A DNA stretch of 63,382 nt, the filler included, from Octopus bimaculoides (taxonomy: Eukaryota), in assembly GCF_001194135.2 (NCBI RefSeq). It is 4 parts of 3 records of this genome, joined end to end, with 100 filler letters (N's around TTAATTAATTAA, not from the genome) between each part and the next. Parts side by side here need not be neighbours in the genome. Positions count along the whole stretch, not along the records: positions 29,889 to 40,301 come from NC_068991.1; positions 40,402 to 63,382 come from NC_068984.1; 2 more parts are not named here. One strand, 5' to 3'. The notes below the pieces were generated by a model, which was not told where the DNA came from, made no database searches, and was given only the letters and a program-made list of their open reading frames with translations. The position numbers and the translations under genes were made by a program. Positions 38,468 through 50,761 of the stretch are shown one piece after another. Within the stretch, counting starts at the first letter, position 1. Each line of letters starts with the position of its first letter.

Positions 38468-39336
38468 NNNNNNNNNNNNNNNNNNNNNNNNNAAGAAGAA
38501 ATTTAGAAACTATATATTTATTACATAAAATATATTTTATTCATTGGTTGTCGATGAAACATAATCAAAATGTAGAAACTAATTCAATGAAATAATCTAT
38601 GCAAGAAAGTTCAGAAATGTAGAAATAACAGCTAAATAGTGGCTTTTAGTAATGTGGCATAGAGAAATAGATAGACATAGCAACGACGTGAATAGCTCTG
38701 AGTCTAATCGACAAAGAAGCAAAGAGCAGGGCAAGCAAACTGATTTTATTAATGGAACGCTAGACATTTTAGAAACTTATAAGAGAAACGTGAAGCTTTT
38801 TGAATAATTAAGAATAACTTCTTATAAAATATAATCTTCCGAGAAACTTACTAAAGGGAGATTACTCTATAACACTTCTTGCAAGATTGTATCATTCAAC
38901 TATTTTATCTACAGACGACAAACTACTACACACTCATACAAAATCTCTCACACACAATCTCTGTCTCCGCCTCTCTCTGTCTCCCTCTCATACACACACA
39001 CATGCACACACACAGGTTATCGCGCAAACACACTATTGCATGCAAACGTACATTCTCCCGCCTCAAAATTACTTCTCTCAATACACTGCATATTTGTGTG
39101 TGATACTTTCAGCTTGAGAAAGTGGTCATCGTTTTGTTCAATTAGATAAATGATTGAATCAGTGAAGGATGGATTCAGTATTTTAGTAACGAAAACATCA
39201 ATAAAACGTCTTGCAAACATCTTCCTCTCCACTTCATTTGAAGAAAAAGATAACTTGACATCTGAGGTCAAATTCTTATTGACATCATTTGTTCGTCTTT
39301 CTTTCTTTCTTTCTGTCTTTCTTTCTTTCTTTCTTC

Positions 39337-39403
<67 letters not shown>

Positions 39404-39852
39404 TGGTATGTGAGTGAGTTATGAAAATTGGTTGATGGTCTGAGAAAAGCGGGGAGATTGTACACCAAGTGTTTATAACAGCTAGGTGTTTAGAGGAGTT
39501 ATTGCAGTTAGCTTAATGAAGTATTTGTATTTTGGTATAGATTCCTAGATATGTAAGGGGAGTTGTATTGGGATACTATTATGTTCCTTTTGTGTTATCT
39601 GTACAATTTGAAAACCAGGACGTGTTGAGTGCATTGAAACCTCTTTTAATGATGATATTTAGGAGAATATGTAACTTGGTAGGACAGTTGTTGAGATTAA
39701 AGATTGTATTCTTTTGTTCTTTTATTCTTTTACTTCAGTCATTAGACGGTGGCTATGCTTTCTCTCTCTTTCTCCCTATTCTTTCTCTCTCTCATATATG
39801 TATATATATTTGTATATCAGTCATATGTAATATCACCTTAATAATGAACAAA

Positions 39853-40015
39853 AGAATCGTTATCACGCCAGGTAAAATGCTTAGCGGCATTTCGTTTGCA
39901 TTTACGTTCTAAGTTCAAATTTCACTGAGGCCGACTTTGCCTTGAACACTGGGGTCGATGTAATCAACTTACTTCTCCTCCAAAATTGCTGGCCCTGTGT
40001 CAAAACTTGAAATCA
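39853..40015 (+). mobile_element. SINE family A
   Basis: agaatcgtta...aaatgcttagcggcatttcg...ttacgttctaagttcaaatt...gactttgcc...ctggggtcgat. Confidence 0.8.
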
Positions 40016-40254
40016 ATATTGTATAATCATTATTTACATTCATGATATTTCTAAGCCATGTATTGTTGAAGCGATCGAAGTAACGGAATAAATGTAATAC
40101 CAACACCTCTATTCATGATGTGACTACGAGACACACAAATTCCACGTTGTGTGTAACGGTTTTCTTTAACTGTCCATTTCTCTACATTCTGTGTAGCTGA
40201 TATTCGCAGGAAGACTGAGTTAAACCCACGGGTTTCTGAATCATCTCTAATCTT

Positions 40255-40301
<47 letters not shown>

Positions 40302-40507
40302 NNNNNNNNNNNNNNNNNNNNNNNNNNNNNNNNNNNNNNNNNNNNTTAATTAATTAANNNNNNNNNNNNNNNNNNNNNNNNNNNNNNNNNNNNNNNNNNN
40401 NAAGTTGTTATACAACTTTGTATATAAAATAAACTTTACAAACAAACTTTTTAAAACATGAAAAAGGCAAAACTTACGGAGCCGACAGGTCTACCGTCCG
40501 TCCATAG

Positions 40508-40580
<73 letters not shown>

Positions 40581-41399
40581 TACGTATACATGTAATCAGT
40601 TTTGAACGCTTGAAATCATAGTTACAACTATAAATAATAACGTGATCCAAAGAGTTCTTAACCCAATATTTACACGCTATTATTTATAATTTTATCAACG
40701 ATTTCTTTCATTAAAAACGAATTAGTTCACGTTTCTTGAATTCTCTAAATTTGTATGACGTAAACTACACCCGCGCGCGCACACACACATGCACACACAA
40801 AATCCATACACATGCGTATATATGCATGTATGTACATATATATATGTATATATCATTGTTGTAGTTTCATGTAAGTAGTCGGTATTAACTTCGTTATCGA
40901 GATCATGCCATGTTAATCTTCCCTTTTCTCCTTTTTATAGTCGACAAAATGTAATACTATTGAAGTACATCGATTTAACAGTCTTAGCACTCTTCTCCAA
41001 GTTCTTGTCTCCATACCACTGAGAAAAGGCTGTGGGTTATAAATTTAGTAGACTGCCGAATGTATATCTTGTCCTTGCGAAGTCAATTTTTCAGAGTCAC
41101 TGATATAGGTATAAGTCAGCTACTGAAGTAGATTTAATTCGACTGTACTCTCTTTCAGGGTATGAAGTATCGCTTTGATTTTCATATTTTTCATATTTTT
41201 CACCGTTTCAAAGGTACTTATCATTATGAGTATTGTTTCAGTTTATTATAATATGTGTACTTCTGCTTGTTTATATCTGGATAATTCGATTTCTTCAGTC
41301 GATTACTAGGTATTTTATTTAATGGCGGTACTTCACAAAAATATCTGTTCATTTATTGGTCAGTCTGGTCAGTTTGGTCAGTTTTGATCTCTCTGTGTA

Positions 41400-42190
41400 G
41401 ATTGCCATGTCGTATAATATGGTTGCTTTGTCTGCAGGCATAACTTCCTGGGTATCTAAGTTTCATCACTATTTTGCATATCACCGTATTTTTTTCTTTC
41501 TAATGACCGGGCAGCCACCAACAATATTCTTATATGTTTTTCATCACTTTCTCATAATCTGTAGTTACTCCAGTCTGCTTCGTAATATGCTTTTGTGGGG
41601 TTTCTATTTGTGAGGTTTTAATCTTCTGCCACAATGCAAGATTTCTTTTGTTCCCAGTTTTGAGTCGTGCGCTTCTCAGCCTCTATCATGCATTTTCCTT
41701 ACCTATTTCCATCTTGTTCTGCTTTATCAGGTTTTAACCATGTCGAGCCAATACCTGCAAAACTCGTTTCTGTCGTTGTTTTAGAGTCATTTTTAACGAG
41801 ATTTTAGCTGTTTCTCCTTTTCCTTTACACCTGCTGTCATTTCACTTTCTGTTTTATATTTGTTGGCTTCCTTGAAGACAGTAAGCGCTTTATTCGTTTT
41901 CTTCGTGTTCCAGAGCTATTTGTATTAATATATCATTATTATTTTCTAGATATTTTTATATCGTACAGTGAATGAATATTTTATAGTTTTCTAGTTACAT
42001 AAGGCTGCTCACACTCTGTATTCATGGTAAATTTAATATTTCTACGTCAGATTTGGGAAGCAGTCATGGAAGCAGTCATTATTTTCCTTGTTTCCCTGTC
42101 TGGTAATGCTAGTTGGTTAAACATCCAAATGAGAATACCATAGCTATAACTTATTACTTGAACAGCTAGAATATTGGTGCTTATCTTATC

Positions 42191-42233
<43 letters not shown>

Positions 42234-42600
42234 TCTTGCATTAACCCTGTTTTTAAGTATTAATCTCATGATTCTGAGTATTTGTGTTTGGTCTAATTCT
42301 CTCTTCTCCTTGTTTAATACGATATTTGCGTGTTTAATTACTTTTCTTCTCTTCAAAGTTGCTTTGGCTCATTCTCTAGCCCGAATCACAAATGAATTTC
42401 TGTAGTCAGTCTACGTATTGTCTTCACTAGTGTTTGTATTTGTTTATCGTTTACGGCATAGAGTTTGAGATCTATGTACAAAAGATAGCTGATTGTTTTT
42501 ACCTATGCATTTGTTGTGAAAAGCTCATAACAGCCGCGAAAATATAGGAAGTGGTAAATGGAGATATATTTTTATATGCCAGACTTATTTGGAGGCTGTT
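41400..42600 (-). mobile_element. old R4/Dong-like element (RT C-half to CCHC)
   Basis: KTISYLLYIDLKLYA; FGLE..AKATLKR; LAVQVISYSYGIL..DRETRKIMT; PKSDVEILNLP; WLRSARLK; NIVGGCPV; many frameshifts. Confidence 0.75.
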
Positions 42601-42659
42601 TGGCAGATAATTACCGCAACTAGCAGTAGAATAGGAGAATTCTCAGTTCTGTGAGTCGA

Positions 42660-43150
42660 CAAGTGGAAGCGTTGCTGAGAATGAACTCAAAACAAGGGTG
42701 ATCACAATAATTTTCGGCCCATAACTATTAAACATAGATTGTAAATTTTGATCAATTGTTAGCAAAGATGGTCTAACTGGTTATGTGTAAACATCCGGTT
42801 TCCTCAACAGATCGATTCACATGCGTTACATCATGCGATACATATTGTGTAACTTTGATCAGGTTATATCAGTCAAAAGCTTTCGATGGCGTTAACCCCC
42901 GCCTCCAGTATTTCCGCGGTCGGATAGCTACAATGTATAGCTACATTTGCTCAGTGGTTTGAGTGAATTGCCACTTATGGGACCGTCCAGTATCCGGCGT
43001 TCGGTCTGTTAAGCTTGTCCTTCTCGTGTCTTCAGTATGCAATGTCTAGAGCCTCTAAGGCTAAAATCAGAAACGTTGATGGAAATCCCGCGCAAACTAG
43101 GATGTGGAAGTGTCGTGTAGGCATGTGCGGACGACGTCAGCGTCATCAGG
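42660..43150 (+). mobile_element. Tx1/L1-clade RT fragment
   Basis: NFRPIT-LNIDCK; SKAFDGV; FRGRIATMYSYICSVV; GIPRKLGCGSVV*ACADDVSVI (YADD equivalent). Confidence 0.7.
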
Positions 43151-43154
43151 GTCG

Positions 43155-43520
43155 GGACTCATGGATAATTTCCAGGAATCGCTAACCTGGAAGTGTTATA
43201 GGGGTTATTGCCCGTGTAAACTGGGCGAAATGGAGGAAATTTTTCGAAATTTTTGTGTATTTATGGAAGGTCATAAAATACAGGTGTTCATTGTTCTGAC
43301 CAACAAAATCCTAGATTCAGTGCCATTTATAAAATTGTTATCTTCTATTTTCCAAATTATTTTGACAAGTTCCTCTTTGTAGTTGGGGTTTAGATCTACA
43401 GGTAATTCTGCATAAGAGGTTTTGTCAGATAAAGTTTCTTCACAAGCCGAAATATACTCATCCTAGTCCATAATTGGGGATTTTTGTTGTTAGAATTTTC
43501 TTGTTAATTGTTATTGTTAT
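43155..43520 (-). mobile_element. Penelope-like RT N-terminal fragment
   Basis: IMD*DEYISACEETLSDKTSYAELPVDLNPNYKEEL; FYDLP*IHKNFEKFPPFRPV (LPKIHK...RPI motif). Confidence 0.7.
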
Positions 43521-43664
43521 TCATTGTATACTAGTCATTGTTCGACACCCCACTTGTTCCTTGTAGTGTATTGTCCCTATTTGTTTTGTGTTTGGCCCTT
43601 GTGGCCAATAAAGAAACCATCATTATTATTATCATCATTATTATCATCATTATTATTATTATTG

Positions 43665-43698
<34 letters not shown>

Positions 43699-44819
43699 TA
43701 TTATTATTATTATTATTGTTGTTGTTAATATTGGTGGTGGTGGTTGTAGTGGTGGTGGTAATGGTGGTGGTTGTAGTGGTGGTGGTAATGGTGGTGGTTT
43801 TAGTGGTGGTGGTAGTGGTAGTAGTAGTGGTAGTAGATGGATAGTTAATATTAATAAAGGTTTCTTTTATTGGCCACAAGGTCCCAATACATTAGCATTA
43901 AAAAACGGAAATTGTATAATCTCCAAATTAAAACAACACAGAAACGGTCGTGTATTGCTCCATGTTAATTACAATCGCAATGAGATGAGGGAGAAATTGG
44001 TTTTTAGTTAAACAACGAATTTGGTGTAATTCCTTAACTTTTCAACTTACGTCTTAACAACATTTTAAAAATTTTGTTTCGTTAATTAATGCGCTGTTAT
44101 CATTTTTACTACGGAGAATTACAACAAGGTTTCATTATCTACTATATCTATTTGCTAAATTCCTATCGTATTTTCATTTGTCATCTTCTAAGACAGGTGG
44201 AGTTTCATATTAATGCAATTATTTCTCTTGAGGCAACTGAAGTTTACTGGTGAGGTGTATGTAGAACAGCATCGTCGCGTTGTTATGTCTGCCAGTCGTT
44301 TTTTCTTTTTACAGAGTTATAATAATGATATCAGTCGGAACCATTTCCTTTCTCATCGGGAGTATGTGTTATTGTTTAGCGCTGAACAAGTCCCATGCAT
44401 CAGTGTAAAATACCTGAAAAGATCTAATTATTTATGACAACGTCAGGATAAGCAATATCTCTGCCTGTATTTACATATCCCAGAGAAACACAATGTTCTT
44501 ATTTTCCTCTTAAGCTTCAGTTGCTTTATACCTCATTACTTTCCACAAATACTTTGTTTTTATGCATATTTTCCCATTAAAGCTTTAATGTTATATGATA
44601 TCTATGTTGTTTATTTTATATCTAGGGCTTGTTATGAAGTTTGTCTCATTTTTAATTTGCTTACTTTTTTTTCTAAACCAATAAGCTTATGTTCGCCACA
44701 TTGGCGGATTAATAACACGGCTATGATAACAAAAGCTGATATATTTCCTGCAAAATTGGGTAGAAGAATATTACCAGAGGCCGCCTCAGAGGAAGAAAGA
44801 AACACAAATCTATGAAAAG

Positions 44820-44995
44820 GCGCAGATGTAGCTGTATGGTAAGAAATTTGCTTTCCAACAACATGATTCGGAGGTTCAGTTCGCTGAGTGGCACCATGGG
44901 CAAGTGAATTTTACTATAGCTCTGGGCCGATGAAAGCCACGTGAGTGGATTGGGTAAACGGAGAAAGAAAGAAACCTTTCATATACATGTATGCA
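44820..44995 (+). mobile_element. SINE family B, 5' part
   Basis: gctgtatggtaagaaatttgc...ggcaccatgggcaagtg...gtgagtggatt. Confidence 0.7.
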
Positions 44996-44996
44996 C

Positions 44997-45055
<59 letters not shown>

Positions 45056-45761
45056 TGTGTGTGTGTGTGTGTGTGNNNNNNNNNNNNNNNNNNNNNNNNN
45101 NNNNNNNNNNNNNNNNNNNNNNNNNNNNNNNNNNNNNNNNNNNNNNNNNNNNNNNNNNNNNNNNNNNNNNNNNNNNNNNNNNNNNNNNNNNNNNNNNNNN
45201 NNNNNNNNNNNNNNNNNNNNNNNNNNNNNNNNNNNNNNNNNNNNNNNNNNNNNNNNNNNNNNNNNNNNNNNNNNNNNNNNNNNNNNNNNNNNNNNNNNNN
45301 NNNNNNNNNNNNNNNNNNNNNNNNNNNNNNNNNNNNNNNNNNNNNNNNNNNNNNNNNNNNNNNNNNNNNNNNNNNNNNNNNNNNNNNNNNNNNNNNNNNN
45401 NNNNNNNNNNNNNNNNNNNNNNNNNNNNNNNNNNNNNNNNNNNNNNNNNNNNNNNNNNNNNNNNNNNNNNNNNNNNNNNNNNNNNNNNNNNNNNNNNNNN
45501 NNNNNNNNNNNNNNNNNNNNNNNNNNNNNNNNNNNNNNNNNNNNNNNNNNNNNNNNNNNNNNNNNNNNNNNNNNNNNNNNNNNNNNNNNNNNNNNNNNNN
45601 NNNNNNNNNNNNNNNNNNNNNNNNNNNNNNNNNNNNNNNNNNNNNNNNNNNNNNNNNNNNNNNNNNNNNNNNNNNNNNNNNNNNNNNNNNNNNNNNNNNN
45701 NNNNNNNNNNNNNNNNNNNNNNNNNNNNNNNNNNNNNNNNNNNNNNNNNNNNNNNNNNNNN

Positions 45762-45835
<74 letters not shown>

Positions 45836-46012
45836 TAAAAGATGAAATGTTATTTAGAACTTAGGTCATCCCCGATCTAGCAGACCTATGACCAAAGGCA
45901 TTCCAGTCTTGACCACATAATCTTAAACTATTTTAGTCTCTGGATGTGTCCTTTCTTTACCTAAGACGATAGAAGTGATCAACACAGAAAGAGAAGCAGA
46001 GAGAGTCGGGGA

Positions 46013-46056
<44 letters not shown>

Positions 46057-47111
46057 TAGAGAGTCAGGCAGGTAGCTAGAAATAGTTACACAAAGCTGTG
46101 TCTATGAGAACACGGTTATTTTCATGTATGCTACTAAAATATGTGCTAGGAACTGCAGAGAAACGAACTAATTTATTTACATTACCTCTCTTCACTTCTT
46201 CAATTTTACTTTTAATTCTGCTGAGGAAACCAAAGTTCATAGATCAGTAGCAAGTAGCACAAAATTAAAATGTTGCCCATAAACTAAAATAAATAGTAAA
46301 AACACAACTTTCCGTAACATATTTATTTTATTTTATTTGTTTTGTAAACTTTTTCGGATTTCTATGTTTTAAACACTGGAGTTAACGTTTTTTCATAAAA
46401 TGCCAATAGGTTGGATTTAATTTACTTATTTGGTAATTTTATTCCCCTCTTTGCTAATCTCTTACCTAGTTTTTTTTTTTTTTTCTTAGAAGTGAATAAA
46501 ATTACATCAGGCCAATCATTGCAACAAATATTTTATTCTTCAAATTTCATTGTAAGTCTTCAAATGAAAGAATGTAGCTCCCAAATCCATATTTTTTTTA
46601 GTCTTTGTTTTTGATAGAGATTTATCTTGAAAGCACTCTTCCGACTGTGGCATTGCTTACTGGATGCGCTCTAAAAAGTTAATGCATAGTCTGGCAAATC
46701 TAGCAATCCAGCTTCGCTAGTTGCATTTGAAGTGGGAAAAAAATTCTGAACGGGCAATAGCAATTTCTTCAGAAAATATAGTTTCCCACTCAAGTGTTTT
46801 CTATTTGTGTCAAAGTTAAAGGGAGAGAGATGGTAAAGATGGGCGATTATAACCAAAATAAATATACTTGAGGGAAAAACTTTTAATCTTTTGAACGTTT
46901 TCAATATTTGTAGGTTTGCTCGTCTCTAGAAATTTAGATAGGATTTTCTGTAGGGTTTTCTTTACTTTAGGGTTTACTTTACTTTTGATAGGGTTTTCTT
47001 TACTTTTGGAAAATTTCCTGTTACTGGCGAAGAGCTTAGAAAGCTAGTAGCCAAGGTCAACTTTTTCATATAGGAGGTACTGTGATTAAGTGTCTATATT
47101 CATTATAGACA

Positions 47112-47242
47112 CTTATATAGTTTTTGCTACAAGGATTTTGCATCCTTCAGAAGGGAGTCTTCTAACGAATATCTAGCATAGATATTCGTTAGAAGACTTC
47201 CTTCTGAAGGATGAAAAATCCTTGTAGCAAAAACTATATAAG
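47112..47242. repeat. fold-back palindrome, 64-bp arms, 3-nt loop, 2 mismatches
   Basis: 47112-47175 is the reverse complement of 47179-47242. Confidence 0.95.
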
Positions 47243-48735
47243 ATGCCAGGTTCCGCTATTACTTTTTGGAGCAAAAATTTTTTTAAAAACGCACATAATA
47301 TGTACTTTCAACTGAGAACGTAGTATGCATTTTTTTAGCATAATTTTTCGCGTGAGTAGATATTATTTAAAAAAGTAGAAGCAATTTTAATGCATTTCAC
47401 TGAGTAAGAATTCCTTTATAAAGTAAATTCTTTCTAACGATCATGTAAGTGAAAGAGAAATATTTTTTAAAACATAGTTTCCCCCGTGGTGTATAGGCTC
47501 TATCTGCATCACAACTCTGCCCTTTGCCTAAAAGAGAGAAACGAAATCGTTACCGAGTCGTCAGGACATGAAAGCCGTCGAATATTACAACATCGCCGGT
47601 GAAGATCACTCGCTTCGATCGGATGATATCCAAGAAGTATACGAATACAAACAACATTTCCGGAGCACCGTAGAGTTATTTTATTTTTGTTCTTATTGCT
47701 GATGTTGCTATTGCTGTAGTTGCTTTATATTTAAACCCAAGTCAAACTTGGCCGAACAGAACTATAATAGTTTTAATCGAAAGCTTACTGACTGGCAGGT
47801 TCAGCGGTGTCGCTTCAAGCTATTGTACCACGATACAGAACTTAAGAACATTATAAAAGACTTCAACAGCAAGGAAATCTAGATGAAGTTGAAGGGTTAA
47901 CTACTGTAGATTTCTTTATTACAGATGATATATTTTTCTTTAGTAAACAATTTACACAGCCCTTTCCGATCTGTAGGGATATGATTCAAAGGGTATCTGG
48001 TTGCTATTTCGAAGACCTCATACAGCCTCCTTTGTTGCAAAAATCGGTGAAGTAAGAAAAGAGCAGGCTTTTGACTGATAGCAAACGTTTGACTCAGAAC
48101 TGATGCAGACCGGATGAATTTGACTTTAATAATTAGTAGAAGAATTATTAGCTGCCCCTTTCCGTAGTTTATTGAAGAAATCAATTATATGTACACATAC
48201 ACACACACATGCATATATATATATATATATTATTTATTTATTTAAAGGGGACGATACATGTATATAAGCGTTACTGATGGTTTCGTATGTTGAGAAATAC
48301 TCAAACATATTCCGCAAGTGAAAACCAACAGCTAGTAGTGCTTATATATATATGCATTGTGCTCTTTAAATAAATAATATTTATCTCTCACTGGATGGAG
48401 TACATCTTTTTTTTTTAAATTTTCTATCACGGAACAGTACATTGTATATATACATATGTGACCAATTTTTAATAAACAATTATTAACTACCTTATTTCCA
48501 TTTTCTTTCCTTCTTATACACACATATATGCATACATACATACATACAAACATAGGCATGTGTGTGGAATATGTATATAAACATTTATGTATATGTACAT
48601 ATACATACATACATACATACATATGCATGTATATGTATTTATCTATCCATCCATCTATACATTGATCTTTCTATATCTCTATCTCTCTATCTCTCTATCT
48701 CTCTATCTCTCTATCTATTTATCTATCTATCCATC

Positions 48736-48824
<89 letters not shown>

Positions 48825-50761
48825 ATGTATGTATGTATAGGGGAAGGGTTGGGAGTTGATGCATAAAATATAGCAATACAGCAAAAGTATTGCACGCCAA
48901 ATTAAATGCCACACCAAGACATCTTTCTTTTACTTTATGCATTCAAATACCGCCAAGGAGACCGCATCTGTTCTTTTATCTCTGGTTTAATAAAAGATAT
49001 AGGATACAATTACTACGGTCGAGTCAATCAACGGCATTTGTTCCTTTAAATTAGCGGCCTTTGTGCTCGTGGGAGAAATAATTTCTTCGGTCTAAAAATT
49101 TCATTTTTGATGATTTAAACAATATAAAGCTGAATATATATAGGGACTTTCTGTCATCCACATCTTCTTCAATTACTTTAGCAATGGGAACTCAGTAACA
49201 TGTTATAATCAACAATCGACCTAAGAGAATGGGATGTTCTGATGTTCATGCGTTTTCATTTTTAATTGAAGACTTTCCAATGGAAGTGAAATTTGATGGC
49301 GAATTTAATTCTCCATGAATTTATTGATTCTAGACTGACTGTTTGTTAGATAGAAAAAGAGATTAATCCTCACCATTATTGGAAATTGTTATCAGATATT
49401 TCTACAACAAAGAATACGTTGCCATCAAGAAAACTACACTAAGAAAAAAATATACGTATATATATGCATTCACTAGAAACCATTAGCAACTATGTCCATC
49501 CAGACTTACTAAGTAGTACAGCTGATTCAGACGGCATTTGAGATTTGAAATTCCCATAAGCAAAAAAATAAATAAATAAGTAATGTATAAAACATCAAAC
49601 GACAGATCGTTAAAAGTGGAAAGGTAAAACTACTGTGGTATTTTAAAATCTACGTTTCAAAGATATAATATATAAGTGAAAGACCAGACAGAGTCATTAA
49701 ATGCTAACAAATAACAAATGCAGACATTGTAATTTATATTGTCATCTCTGTCTTTCTCTCTCTCTCTCTCCTCGGAAGGAAAGCGACAGAAATGAGACCA
49801 GACATGAGAAGAATAAAAATAAAAACAATAATGTATCATTTTCTTAGAATAAAGCTGCAAAAGACGGAAAATGAAGTAGTTAACCTCTATATTGTAAGAT
49901 TATTAGAGTCACGGAGAGGACATTCATTATAAGAAAACGATATGGAAAAATTGGATATGGAAGTGTGGAACGTGGAGCAATTTCTTTTGAAATTTCTGTA
50001 CAAGACTATTTTTTTGTAGAATAATAGTTGAATGAATACAACGTGATATATCACTGGTATATATTTGAAACCAACTTGAGTAATATTAAACTCAAAAGAG
50101 AGATTAGGGAATCAATATTGCCTCTTTATTTTTACTACTTGACAATAGTGAAAATAATATTTGTAGGAGGTACAAGAAATTGGAAACTTGTGTAACATGT
50201 ACATTCCTGATATTATAACTATAGCTTCAGAATGAATTAAATATTAAGTGTAAATAAGAGTAAATAGGTGCTAAGATTACACTACAAGGTTCATAAGTCT
50301 GCATCGACATAAAGCAAGTTGATTTTATAGACGGATAAGATGTTCCCGTGTCTGTGTTTACGAAAAGCATATTTTCCATAAACGTCATTTAAAAAGAAAG
50401 AGAATACACAGAATATGTTTATTCTGCTTTCAATCCAAAGAAAACGAATGAAACGTTTATACACACACTCACACACTCGCATAGAGAGAGGGGGATGGGG
50501 AGGTGCACACACTATTTTATTAAAGCTGAAAAAACTTCACAAATTACAATTACTACTTAGAGTTTCACGTGAGCGTTCGTATGACAGTTGTGATAATACG
50601 GAATCTGTATCATTCTGTATTAACACAAATGTCCGACGAACGATCACATGAAACTCTGAGTAACCGATTTTGAATTGTTTCCACTTTAATAAAATAGAAA
50701 TTTACTCAACCTTTACTTTCCGTGTGCTATCTTTTCTACCATGCTTACTTGTGTGTATATA

